A stretch of DNA of 64,000 nucleotides from Selaginella moellendorffii (lineage: Eukaryota > Plantae > Lycopodiophyta). Every line of letters starts with the position of its first letter. The first letter of the stretch is position 1. A program made the position numbers and the translations under genes. The notes under the pieces were generated by a model that did no database searches, was not told the origin of the DNA, and was given only the letters and a program-made list of their open reading frames with translations. Shown here piece after piece: positions 1 to 13,469 of this stretch. The stretch covers positions 331,102 through 395,101 of the forward strand of contig NW_003314285.1 of NCBI RefSeq assembly GCF_000143415.4. Direction: 5' to 3'.

Positions 1-668
1 ATAGGAAGTGGAGCTGAAGGACGTGTAGCAAGAAGTGGAAGAGGTGACGTCTCATAACGTTGTGCCAAGCGAAGAGCATCGTTAAGAGTGGCAGGAGCAA
101 GTGCATGCACAAGTCCGACAAGATCTTGACGAAGTGCTGGCCACAGCATTCCTAGCTTGATCCGCTCCGACATATTTGGCTCCGCACGAAGCAAAAGACT
201 TCGGAAACGAACGCCAAATTGCATCACCGACTCAGATGGCCCTTGGCGAAGATGATGCAATTGTTGGAAGGCATCATCACAATCGTTGGCGTGTCTGAAG
301 GCGCGTTTGAAGACGTCCGGAAGAACACTCCAATCGCCATGAGTAGCTGCGCTCAATCCATTGTACCACTGCAATGCCGTCCCTTGAAGACATATGGGGA
401 ACTCACGCAAACGTCGAGCATCATCCCAAGAATGATATGTGGCAATCACCGTGAAGTGATCGAACCAATGGTACACATCATCCCCAAGATTCCCACGAAA
501 GAACTCCGGCCGAACGCGAGGATTGGCACCAAAAGCAGGAGGAGTTGTACCATGTGCCGTGAACGCCGCCATCAACTGAGTTTGGTTGTTCAATTGCAAG
601 CGCATAGCATCAAGCAATTGAACCAACTGCTGCTCTAGAGTCAAAGGAGGAGATTGCGGATCGGCCAT
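1..668 (-). CDS. Ty3/gypsy retrotransposon Gag, runs off the window
   Basis: Manual translation from ATG at 668: MADPQSPPLT...PEFFRGNLGDDVYHWFDHF...LQGTALQWYNGL...LRQGPSESVMQFGVRFRSLL (retrotransposon-gag pattern). No stop before position 1, so it is absent from the ORF track. Confidence 0.9.
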   Translation of the reverse strand, partial: MADPQSPPLTLEQQLVQLLDAMRLQLNNQTQLMAAFTAHGTTPPAFGANPRVRPEFFRGNLGDDVYHWFDHFTVIATYHSWDDARRLREFPICLQGTALQWYNGLSAATHGDWSVLPDVFKRAFRHANDCDDAFQQLHHLRQGPSESVMQFGVRFRSLLLRAEPNMSERIKLGMLWPALRQDLVGLVHALAPATLNDALRLAQRYETSPLPLLATRPSAPLP

Positions 669-890
669 GAAAATGAATGAAAAAGAAAGAGCAAAAGAAG
701 AGAAATGACAAAAAGCTGGAAAGAAATGGTAGATCTAGACAATGCAAAAAGCTAGATCTAAACCAAAATCCTGAAAGGAAATAACAAAAGAAAGGAAATG
801 GAAAAAGTTAGATCTAGACAATGCAAAAGCTAGATCTAAACTGAAATCCCAAATCCAAGCACTCCCCAGGGATAATCAAAGGTGCCCCTC

Positions 891-1075
891 AACTCCACCA
901 ATGTGAGTGCATGGAATATGGAAAGGGAATACAGAAATGTGCATATCAATTAGCCCAAAAACCCTAGCTTATATACAGGAGCGAGTGGTCTGGATTAAAA
1001 CCAATCCGACGGCTACCAAAATCCACTACGCTAATATTAGCATACGGCATCGTAGCCATACACTTGGCCCTCACA
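891..1075 (-). mobile_element. 5' LTR (902-1075, 174 bp) and PBS of the gag-bearing element
   Basis: TGTGAG...CTCACA terminal inverted ends. On the minus strand the LTR is followed after 1 nt by TGGTGGAG (complementary to a tRNA 3' end, tRNA-Ala-like), upstream of gag. Confidence 0.8.
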
Positions 1076-1099
1076 AAGTATAATAAGTTTATATTATTG

Positions 1100-3530
1100 A
1101 TAGAGAATAAACATCAATAGTATTGGAAAATCTAGTTAGCTCCAAAAGTTTTTTGCAACTCAGCAATAGTAAAGCTTGCTTGGTGTATATAAATATCCAC
1201 TTTAGGATCTTGGTGTAAGATGTTAATGAAAATGTAGTACATATGCTTGTAAGGAGTATATGCCTTCCTATGTTCCTCGTGCTTCGTAAAGTCTGGATAT
1301 GTGCAAGAAGAAAAATCTTGAATGGTAATTGTGTACTCTCCACCTTCTGTTTTGACTATGTACTCATTTGTAAGTGTAATGATTTACTTCGTGGAGAGAA
1401 TCTCACACTCAAGTGTTTGAGCAAAGTTTATTTTACTTTGCTTCTGCTTGAAGACGGTGCCAATAAATTTAACTACTTTACCTTTTCTTGCTGGTCTCCT
1501 ATGCATTTCCGTGGGAATAGTCTTAATTTAATCACTCATGTCTCCAACTCTCTTTTCAAGATTGAAACCAGATTTCTCAAAGTTTTTAATCTCATCCGAG
1601 GTGAGTGCAACCCCACTAGCAACCGACCATTCTTTAGATACTACATCAGGCTTAGTCACTATAGTGTCTTCAAGCCACTTTGTATGGTTAGCATCATATA
1701 GCGAACACCATCTTGAAAATCCTGCTTGTTTTCGTTCCCTATAGAAACATAGGGTTGGAATAGAAGCAGACTTGTCACCACGGATCCAAGCCCAACATTT
1801 GCCCCGTGGAAGCATCCTCACACATCTTATATTTGATTTTGCTAGCACTTAACGGATTGCATATTGTTTCGGCTCTATGCTATGATAAACAATTTCAACC
1901 TCTTGTGATGCACTTTCTTCATCAGCCACTTGAGGTGGCTCGGTTTGGGGGTGATATCTTGAAGCAGAATGATACTCAACATTAGGCGTATGAGAGCTTT
2001 TTGCTCCAAGATCCGTGCAAACTTCTTCACAAGCAAAGGAAAAGTGACGCTTTGAGCAGACAGTCTTCATGTCACCAATAAAAGCCTAAGGAGTGTACTC
2101 CATAGATGTGCCGTGGACCACTTCCTCCATTGCAATTGCTATTGTTCATGCTGGTGGAGTCACTTTCTTCTTCATTTGATCATATAACATCTCAACCGAA
2201 GGTCATATTCCCATGTAGTTTCCTTCCTCAAATGCTAAGGCTTTTAAAGACTGCTCTACAACATGTATCAAATCTGATAAACATGCTTCGTATAGACTAA
2301 TCTTCCCCTTCCCTACCTTAGAAGAACACCAGCTCCAATACTTACTCTTTGAGAGATTCATAATTAGGGTGTATGCAAGATCCTCAAGTGGTAAAAAGAT
2401 GACATTAAAAGCAATAAGAAGAGAGGAAAAAGCGAAAAACCAACCTGAAAAGAGTGATAACCCTATTGGAACATCCTAACTTCCCACCATCCCAATCACA
2501 ACTCAAGTTGTGGTAAACAACTTACATCTATATGGCCATCTTCACATCACCACATTCAGATTTCATTTGCTTTTGTTTCATGCTCTTCTTCAGAAAGTGT
2601 AGCTTGCCATTGTTTGCACAACTCCTTAAACACTAATTGAAAATCTGGCTTGATAAGGTGGCAATGTTGGTTTATGCTCTGAGCTCAATATAACTCACAA
2701 GTCCTCTCATGACCTTCTAAGGGTCGACCATTCCCAAAGATTTCCTGGACGCCATTCCAATTAGCCCCAGCCCCATCTGCCATGAAACTGTGAAAGTTGG
2801 CAAGCTCACCAGTTCGCTTCAATACAATGTCGGAGAGGGACTTCCAAAATATTTCCTGAGCCATCTAGTCTACTCTACTCTTGCAATTGTCAAGTTATAA
2901 TGTAGCCTGTGAAAAGGGCAATGCTTAAAACCATTTTAAGATAGTTGAGAAAAAATAACTACTTTAGATCATACATATGAGCTCCCATGGTTGTCCAACC
3001 CGTTACCTGCTCCATATGGTCAAAATGTACCCATGCATTAGCAAGGTCACTCGACCCAGATATATCCATTTGGGAAACAAAATCCACACCAAAGGCGGGG
3101 CCCATGGTAAACATTTTGAAGATGAAGGGGCACTCTTGCTCACTAACGATTTGATCTGGAAATAAACTTTCATGGATAAACTTGTAGGGACAAGTTTGTT
3201 TTAGTTCAAGGATAGAGTCAATTTTTTATTGGACTTTCCCCCTTTTGAGATTCACACATCCAAGACTTTATCCTTAAAAAAAATAAATATAAGAGAGATA
3301 TTATTGAAAAGTATGTAATAATATTTTCATACCTCTTGAGGCTAGTTGCAAGTTGCACGCGTTATAGTAACTCTCGCAAGCTAGCCTCATCTAGTTGAGT
3401 ATTCTTACAGTTTGGATCAAGTAAGGTGCTTGCGATAAAATCCTTGAGCATTATCTTTTGAACATGCTTCAGAGTTGTAGATGAGTTTCTCATAGTCTCT
3501 ATCTGCACTACATCTTTGAAATGAGCCCAA
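1100..3530 (-). pseudogene. Decayed MULE-like transposase, 3' two-thirds with SWIM finger
   Basis: Inverted homolog of 22740-26760 (e.g. DFIASTLLDPNCKNTQLDEASL, HTKWLEDTIVTKPDVVSKEW, WVHFDHMEQV). Many stops and frameshifts. Confidence 0.85.
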
Positions 3531-3707
3531 GTAGGTTTTGAGCTCATGAGCTCACGAGCTGAGCTCATGAGTTCTCAAACACAAGGAAAACATTGGTTCG
3601 TCCTGAACCAACATCTTTTCATTTTTCAAAATTTGATTTAATCTATATTTCCAAGTAAATTTGATCAATAAAATACAAATATAAATATAGATCCAAACAC
3701 CAAAAGT

Positions 3708-4844
3708 TGTAGCGCACGTGGTTTTGACCCTTTATCCTATGGTGATTTACCATAGGATAACACCACGAAGCGGAACCTAAACCCTCTTTGTGCCACGTGA
3801 CAGATGCCACGTGTCACATGCCACGTGTCCACAGGAACCCAAGGTTTAGGGCCTTAGGCCACTGAACAAAGGAACGGTGCCAAACTCCCAAGCATGGAGC
3901 CGAGGAGTGACGGAACCGAACCACGGAGCAACTCCCGAGCATAAAGCCCAAGGAGCGAAGGGACAGAGGCCCGGAGCGACTTGGAACAGTCCTAGAGTAA
4001 CCGGCATCCCAATGCCAGGACCAGCACGCAAAACGGAGCCAAACGGAGTCTGACGCTATTTCGGCATACCGGTGGCCTAACACGAGGACATGGGTACTCC
4101 ACCAACTAGCATGGAATGGAACTTGGGCTTAGACCCAAGCCGGACGCAGAACAAGGACAGGCACTCAAGCGGGAGCTAGATTATGCCTCAGGTTAGTTGG
4201 CCATGCCCAACCTACCCACTATCCCTACTATACATTTGGAACCCCCCATAGCCCCCCCCCCCCCCTTGAGGAACACACGCTTTGGGCTTTCACCCCAAGC
4301 CTCCCTTAGTACCAGGAGTTAGTCTCTAGGACAAGCTCGAAACTTACTAAATATGGAATGTCCTTAGATTGTGAATTTGGACACGGGACGAACACCATTG
4401 TGTTCAAGCCGATCTCTACATTCCGTAGATATACCAAATGAGCAAATCTGGACACTTTCCATAAATAGCATTTGGGACCGAAATGAGACTAACACAAAGG
4501 GCATGATAGTGAGGGTGTTTGGCAGACACGGTAAGCTATCATCCAGCGATATTGAGGGACCAATCTCAATACGCGAGGGTTCTTGTCAAGCCAGTGCAAG
4601 ACAGAGCAAAAGAGAACTAAAAAGCCGGGCCAAGTATGCTTGGCCAAATAGACACTTAGGAATTCCGTCCTTATGCTCATCCGGCCAAGTACAGATGCTA
4701 AGTCCAGTTTACTAACACTTGAACAAGAGGGACTAATAAAGGGTCCAGCAATACCGACCTCCTGCCATCGTGGCAGTAAGGAAAGAGTGTCCGTAAGGAC
4801 CGATCGACAGGTAACTTTCGATACCCGAAGTCACATTCGCGACA
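3708..4844 (-). mobile_element. Solo LTR, family A (1137 bp)
   Basis: TGTAGCG...CGCGACA ends with perfect 5-bp TSD AAAGT (3703-3707 / 4845-4849). Homologous to the LTRs at 28863-29990 and 35140-36316. Confidence 0.92.
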
Positions 4845-4909
4845 AAAGTGATCTAAAAACACTTCTTAAGCTTTGCAATTGTAAGGCTTACCTGATGGAT
4901 GTGATGGTC

Positions 4910-5760
4910 AACCTTAGGATCTTGGTTTAGTTCCTGCATAAAAATGTAATAGATGTGCTTGCAGGCTAAATATACCTTTCCCCTGTTCTCCCTCTATGTA
5001 AAATCTGGACATGTATAGGATGGATTTTCGCAGATTTTGATAGTGTAGCTCATACCCTTTGACAACTTAGTCACAACAACAAACTCCTTAGCTACGGCAC
5101 TGATGTTGTTTATCCTTATATTTATGCATTTCAATGCCTTTGCCAGCTTGATCTTCTCTTGTGCACCTTTTGAAATGGAAGACCTATATTGTATAGCCTT
5201 CCCATTTCTAGCTGGTCGTGTATGCCGGTCTAGTGTTGACATTGGTGGCATAGTAGTATCAATAGCAACATTTGAGGAAGTCTTCAGCTTGAAACTAGCT
5301 CTCTCCAAACTTTCAATCTCTTCTTTTAAAAGATTGCAGCTTTGCTCAACTGGCCACTCCTCTGGCACAGAATCTGGCTTCGAGATAATTGAGTTGTGGA
5401 TCCGGTTTGTATGAGTAACATCAGTCCCACAACAGTAAATCTAACTTGACTAGCAGCCCTTTACCCCTAGATCTTGACAGTCCCAGAAACATGGTACTGC
5501 TAAAGAACTTGAACATGAGCGCACAAATGCAAGACACTGACCTCGACTCCCAATCATTCCAGAGCAACGCACATTACTCTTGGCACTGACTCTTTGAATT
5601 GCCCAATTGATATGAGAAACTGGCTCACGAGCAATAATCTTCTCAACCTTTGACACTGGATTTACTTGTGTAACAATTGGCACCTCCTCCACTCCATGTT
5701 CCTTAATTCTTCTCCGGTGTCGTGGAATAGAATGGTAGTCAAACTCTAGACAGTGAGAGC
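4910..5760 (-). pseudogene. Fragment of a diverged MULE-like transposase C-terminus (SWIM)
   Basis: WAIQRVSAKSNVRCSG...PEEWPV...YTIKICENPSYTCPDFT*RENRGKVYLACKHIYYIF parallels the SWIM region at 26050-26725. Confidence 0.75.
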
Positions 5761-5838
5761 TAGAAGGAGTGATGTTAAGCCCATCAAATGTTTGTCAACA
5801 CTTCAAACGGGCTGTCCTCATGTCCCCAAGTGGTTCAT

Positions 5839-6540
5839 TGTAGTGCACTTTATCTCTTTCCCCTTAAGCCAACTGGAAAAGGGGCAATTGCTTGATGAGA
5901 GAGCCTTTAGTGACTATTTTATCCCCATTTATCCCCCAAGGTTCCAAGGATCCATAGTGACAGTATATCCAAATCTCATCCCATGATCACATGTGCTACA
6001 CTCACCCCCTCTTCAGAGATGTCAATGTCCTCATTGATTATTGAGATGTTAATATCCTCATTGATTATTGACTAATAACCCCTACTGAGCCAAGGGGAAC
6101 CAACACTTCCATTTCCACACTTAATTTACCAATCCTTCCATTGTGTAGACCAGTTATTCCATATGAGGCAACTAGTCATCCACCCGTACCGCAATCCCAT
6201 GGTGGATACCTTCGTCCGTGGATACTCCACACAAGAGGAAGGACGTACGCATGGATGCCCAATACGTACGATTTCAAATTTAGGGGTAGGAATATACTTT
6301 GCTCAAGGGTATATTATATTTTTAAGTAGCCACTAATCAATGGAAATCGAACCCGTGCCATTTTCTCTGATACCAATTGTAGCGCACTTTTATCTCTCTC
6401 CCCTTAAACTAACTAGAAAAGAGGCAATTGCTTGATAAAAGAGCCTTTAGTGGCTATTTTATCCCCATTTATCCCCCAAGGTTCCAAGGATCCACGGTGA
6501 CAGTATATTCAAATCTCATCCCATGATCACATGCACTACA
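5839..6540 (-). mobile_element. TRIM-type non-autonomous LTR retrotransposon (702 bp)
   Basis: LTRs 5839-6000 and 6378-6540 (TGTAG...CTACA), PBS-Met TGGTATCAGAG (6365-6375, -), PPT AGGGGGTGAG (6001-6010, -), TSD TTCAT, non-coding interior. Confidence 0.93.
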
Positions 6541-6869
6541 TTCATAACTTGATTCCATAGGAGTTTTAGTAATAACTTCCCCTTGAGAGTCTGTGCATCT
6601 GTAAACTCTTAGAGGAGGTGCTCATAGGGATAACAGGGGTGAGTAAAATGGTATTTAGACAATCCAAGCTCCTTTCAGGATCAACTCACTTGCGGGCAGT
6701 GCGTGAGTAACACCACATGCAGGGCTGGTGAGGGAGTGTGCCAGTTGGGCTATGCTCAAATCTTGGAGCTGACTGGCACCATGGTAGTGGGTGTGGGTGA
6801 TACAAGGTTTGCAAGTGACCTGAAGGTGTGTGCAACCTGAAGGTGTCAAGGTAGTTCTTTGAGCTGTCA

Positions 6870-7390
6870 AAGGAGGGGAAGTTGAAGAAGCTGAAGTAGC
6901 CGCCAGTGATTCTCCAACATCTGCTCAAAGAGCCTGAGAGCCAAGGCTCCATCTCCCTGGTGGCAGTAGCCGGCAATGATTGCCTTCCAAGTCACGGCAT
7001 CCCGTCCCCCACTGACTGCCGAGTCAAAAACTTTGCGAGCTTCCACCATGCAGCCATCCGTAGAAGCCTAGTAGAGAATTCATGATGACCACCTCGGCTT
7101 CCATCTCGGTGTGACGGATTTGCTGGTGGATGGCCCTTTTGGTCTCCAAAGCCATGGAGCTCCTACAGGCCCGGAGCGCGGGGGCGTAAGTTGGAGTGTT
7201 GGGTACCATGCCTTAAACTTGCTGCATCCACGAGAAGAGGTCTAGTGCAGCTAGTGCTTGTTCCATCTGGACATATCCGACCATCAGCATTGTCCGCGAG
7301 ACAACATTGTGCCTCTCCATCCGGTCAAAGACTCTCCGCGCATCCACCTCTTTGTAAACCACCCAGTATTTGCTGGGCAAGTACTCATAA
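6870..7390 (-). pseudogene. PLS-class pentatricopeptide repeat gene fragment
   Basis: VDARRVFDRMERHNVVSRTMLMVGYVQ...; VPNTPTYAPALRAC...; MVEARKVFD...DAVTWKAIIAGYCHQGDGALALRLFEQM. Broken by a stop and frameshifts. Confidence 0.85.
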
Positions 7391-8107
7391 ATAATAATGA
7401 TGAGATCAAAGAAAAAACAAAAGAAATCATTTGTCAAATGTTTGCCATGACAATTAATTACAAAAACATTAGTTGCATCTAATAGTCTTAATTTTGGAGA
7501 ACTAGTAATGAAGATTGGAGTCACCTATTGACAATGCTTTTCTAATGTTGAACCATAACATTTATAATATTTTTGCAACAATTAGTATCCTTTATATAAA
7601 TAACATTTTAATTGTTGTAAATATAACAACAAATATTTTGCAACAATTAACATCCTTTACAATACTTTTGTTTACCATAATACCTTTTTTTATATAAAGT
7701 GTTAACTCGAAAAATATGTCTAGATATAAATATGCTTTTTAATTTACAGAAACCAAGATGTTTTTGATAAATATTGATGTGGCATATTAGGATATCCAGA
7801 TATTAATATAGTGCTATATACATTACACATACTTATTAAGTGGAAATTATTATTTGTATATTGTAAACATCAGTGGTAATTTCTAATCATATTGTGAAGT
7901 AGCATAATTTCCAGCAACAATGATATGTGAAAGTCATAGATGTCCTTGGCCCAATATTCACAAATGTGTCCTTGGCCCAATATTTGCCTACAAGAATTAT
8001 ATGTAGATTTGCACCCTAGAAGGCCTGTGGTTGGCATAATGGAGCATATGTTGAGCACATGTTGACCAATATGAAATACCAACTTTAATATTTGATAGCC
8101 TACTTGC

Positions 8108-8269
8108 TATAGCATATGTGATTATGGAATGAGATTTGAATATATTCTCATATTAGATCCTTAAAACCTTGAGAAATAAAAAAAGATAAAATAGTTATTA
8201 AAGGTTCTTTTATTAAGCAATTGCTCATTTTTTAGTTAACTTAAAGGGAGGGAGATAAAGTGCGCTATA
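8108..8269 (+). mobile_element. Decayed solo LTR of the TRIM family
   Basis: Reverse-complement match to the LTR at 5839-6000 with many transitions. Mirror copy at 42845-42990. Confidence 0.75.
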
Positions 8270-8339
8270 TCCAGTATTAAAGATAATGACACAAGTTTCA
8301 TTGTGAAACTACAATATGAGTGGATGATTAATTCCTAAA

Positions 8340-11172
8340 ACTGTTTTTTATATACTATGTGGTTTATACAAATTCTTGGTAATGCTTTTTGGTTTGAGCA
8401 ATATTTCAGTGACTTTTTAGCAAATGATGGATAAAGTTCTTTGCAATATGCTAGAACTGACTTTATCGATGATGTCTTGATTCATTTAAAGGGGATATAA
8501 AAGGAACACATCCATGATATTAGCAAAGTGTTAGATCAGTTGCAGGAAGTTAGTTGAAAACTAAAGCGGTCAAAGTGCATATTTGGATCCAAGAATATAA
8601 TTTATCTTGGGTATCATATTTATTGTGAGGGTTTGTAAATTAATCATGACAAAGTTGTAGTTGTTCTAAAGTTTTCTATTCGAAGTGTGTGAATGATGTG
8701 CAACACTTCCTAAGCAAGATATAGCATTTCAGTCATTTTATTGATTATCTTTTTTATTATATTGTACTATTGTGAGTGTTGTTGAAGTTGTTGATATTAT
8801 CTTTCATCTAGTCAGAGGACTAAGAACAAGCATTCACGGATCTCAAAGAGACATTAATGACTCCTCCAATTTTGGCATATTTTAAATACACTTGATCATT
8901 CATTTTACATATAGATGTTTTGATATCGGTCTCATGAATGTCTTGATGTAAAAAAGTACAAGTGTGCATGGTTAGCATCATCCCATTATGTACATCAGTG
9001 GTATATTACAGTCAATAGAGGTGAACTACTCCATGATAAAAAAGTGTTTAGTAGTAGTTTAAGGTTTTGAAAAGTTTCATACATATTTGCATGGTTTTCA
9101 GACATTACTAGAAAGTGATTATGCAACAATTACTTTATTATTGAAGCTTGGTTTGTTGTATTGCTTGATGGGCTTTGAAGCTTTAGATATATAATTTCAA
9201 GGTTATTCATTGCTTAAGGAGTTCTATAGTTGATATTGATGCCCTTTCTCGAATTTTTCTCTCTTTTATGCTCTTGTTTTATATTCTTAACGAATTTTTT
9301 ATTCCAATATCTGTGGATTTTCTAGACAAAAATTTTGTGCTGTTAGAGGTTGTTGTATTTAATATTTAATATCCACAAGATGTGGAGTAAAATCTATTTT
9401 CTTTTAACAAGGTTTATAAAACTTAAAAAGGTTAAGCTGTGGATTTAAAAGCTTTATAATGGGTTTGAGAATCTTATATCGTTTACTGATAACTGCCATT
9501 TTGGCATTTGAAGACAACCTTCTTTATTTTGTCAGGAAAGGTCTTAATGATCATTTACAGTTGGTAATGTCTTTGATGTTTATTTTGTGTTTTCTCCATA
9601 TTTATCATGATTCTCCTATTCTAAATGGGTATATAAGACATTGTTGTGTAAATGAGAAGCTATGTATGTCTTTTTATTAGTTGAAGATATAGTGCTAATA
9701 TGTGTGTAGTTGTGTTTAATGCTAAACTCGTAATACTTCCCCTCATACTATAGAAAGACAATTAGAGTTAATTATAATTTCCCATTTATTTGAGTTGGTA
9801 GCATTTGATGTGATAGAGCCTTTAACATGGTCAATTGCTAGTAATGAGTATGTTATTATTATTTTTTACTACTTAACTCATTAGGTGGAAGTTAATGCTT
9901 TTGTTAGTGCATCTACAACTACTATTGAATACTTTCTCCTCAATCAAGTGGTGTTCCAATATTCTTATCTAAAGTAAATTCTTTTGAATAATGGTCTTGC
10001 ATTAATGGCTAAGGCATTTCATATTTTAACATCTTGGTTGGGGATAGACCACACTTTCACAAGTACTTATCATCCAAAGATGAATGATTTGCTAAAACAA
10101 ATTGTTCAAAACTTAAATAATTATGAATTACATGAAATTTTTGCATTTGATTTGGGATGGTTATTTACCTTTTCTTTGGTATGTGTATGTTATATGGGTA
10201 CAGAGTTCTATTAATGCTTCACTATATAAATTCTTATATGGTTATGATCTGATACTACTAACAGAATTGAGTTTATTTTTGTGATTACTATAAGCTATTA
10301 ATGATAGGTCTAAGAATCAGTATTTGATGAGTATTTTTCCATTAGTTCAAGTGGAGTCTATTGAACATTTGGGTTGTGTACAAGTGGGACAACAACAATA
10401 TTACAATTCCCATTATCGCCCATTTACAAAGTATAAAGTGGATAATTTAGTATTAATTTCTTTTTCTCAATTTTACAGTATATGGTTTATTTAAAGTATC
10501 AGATGTTGCAACAAGTTAGACGACAAGTTATTTAATATAACATTCAATTGGCCAGAAATTATATATGTATAGCAATTAAAATATTTTGTACAAAGGAATC
10601 AAGAATAACTAGCACCACCTATAGTTCTACTAGTGTCTCCTTTTGATGTTCCTTCAAATCCCAACCTGTCAACTAAAGAATCTTGATTGCCTTCCATCCT
10701 TCAAAGAAGAGGGGATCATATAAGGTCCAAATGTATAATTATGATATCATATATTAATTTTAGTATGTGGGATTTTGGTAGTGATTGAATTAGTTTCAAT
10801 CTTAAAAAATCCAGCAGGATCAGGTGGTGCTACACTAGAATCTTAAGTATTTCCTTTAGAGAGTTTTTTTATATTTTGCTGGACTAGATTGGTGATTGTC
10901 GGCTCCTTGGAATGCAAGTAGAGGCTACTCAGTGTTGCCTTTTCAGTTGATCCATCTCAGGTTTGTTGGACTTCTTTTTTGGATAAAAAGGCTCCTAGTT
11001 TCATTGTCTTTGTCCCAGGAAGTAGATTGATTGAATCATATGTGGGGAATTATGTTCTTTATCAGTACTTAACTTTTTGTTTTAAGAGCCTTTCTAGCTT
11101 GTCTTCTCGTTTTCTATATGTAAGGTGTTTTCCAGTACTTGAAATACATCTTAAACCAGACTAGGGCCTCAA
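8340..11172 (+). mobile_element. Heavily decayed Ty3/gypsy pol (RT-RNaseH-IN), PPT and 3' LTR
   Basis: Remnants FIDDVLIH...KLKRSKCIFGSKNIIYLGYHI (RT) and FELVAFDVIEPL...TFTSTYHPKMN (integrase). Purine tract ~10703-10717, then a probable LTR to ~11172. Confidence 0.8.
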
Positions 11173-11384
11173 TATCTTAATTGTTCCCATGGGTAAAGTC
11201 TTCATTCAAGTATCTAGCCAAATTCCATCTTGGATTCTTGAGCTTTGCAGCATTAGTTTGCTCCTCTGCACTTTCTACCGTGGCAGCACTTTACCAAGGT
11301 CTTTAGGTTACCATAATATTTTTAACGTGTTTGTTTACTTGTGCTCGGATTCCGTCTGCTGGAGTGCTCAAGTATCTCGATTAC

Positions 11385-11845
11385 AGGTGAAGATAGGCGA
11401 TCAGAATATCAAAGATGTTAGCCGCGGTCTTTAATTGGGTATTGGAGTAGTACTGCAAAAAAAGATGAACTCCTAACCACTTGTACACTAAACAAGCTGC
11501 CATTCATGAGTCAATTCTCAAGTTTCCAAAGCAATACGAAACCATGGTTTGGCGAGAGGGGACTAAAGGTATTCAAAGCTCTTTACTTCCGTCTAGCTTT
11601 GCAGCTGAGTGGAGGAGAGATAGCGCTGGCAAGAGCATTCCTCAATTAATCCTCTTGTAATTGTGTGATGAAGCAACGAGTGCTCTAGATTCCACCACCG
11701 AGGCAGAAATTCTATCGTCACTCAGGTCACTTGTGGCCGCCATATTCATTGCTCACCGTCTCACAACAGCACTGAACTGCGGCGAGGTATACGTTTCTGT
11801 TAGCTTTGCAAGACCTGGGCGGTATGCTCAGCTCTGGGCGCAACA
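11385..11845 (+). pseudogene. 3' fragments of an ABCB (ATM3-type) half-transporter
   Basis: IGDQNIKDV, GERGLK, LSGGE, IALARAFL, LCDEATSALDSTTEAEIL...IFIAHRLTTA, with internal deletions. Confidence 0.85.
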
Positions 11846-11881
11846 GAAGAGCTTGGATTATGGTCCATCGCTGAGCTCTTC

Positions 11882-12208
11882 GCCAGATTATATGACCCTT
11901 ACTACAACCAATCGCTCAGGAGCCAGTGTCCCAGCAGTGGTGGTGACTCAAACCTTTCTCCTCTAGATTTGCAAACTCCAGTGGTGTTTGACAACAAGTA
12001 CTACAAGAACTTTATAAATTTCAGTGGATTGTTCCACTCTGACCAGAGACTGTGGAGTGGTGGTGATTGGACAGTTGCGTAGCTGGTGCACACTTATGCC
12101 ATGGATCAAGTGCGATTTTTCCAGGACTTTGCGACTGGAATGATCAATATGGGGAACCTCAAGCCGCTCTTGGCTCCAAATCGTAAATACTGTGGCAAAG
12201 TGAACTAG
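11882..12208 (+). pseudogene. Class III peroxidase last-exon fragment, not in ORF track
   Basis: Manual translation ARLYDPYYNQSLRSQCPSSGGDSNLSPLDLQTPVVFDNKYYKNF...GLFHSDQRLWSGGDWTVA*LVHTYAMDQVRFFQDFATGMINMGNLKPLLAPNRKYCGKVN*. Confidence 0.9.
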
Positions 12209-12274
12209 ATTTTTTCAACATATAAAAGTTATCTCTTGGTTCCAAGGTGTTTATCAAGTAGACTTTTTCTCAAG

Positions 12275-13469
<1,195 letters not shown>

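Noticed and set aside
219-638. 139-aa plus-strand ORF
   Set aside because: Antisense shadow of the minus-strand gag.
3535-3580. GAGCTCATGAGCTC palindromic cluster as a defined element end
   Set aside because: Real local symmetry at the edge of the MULE relic, but no partner end or TSD was found.
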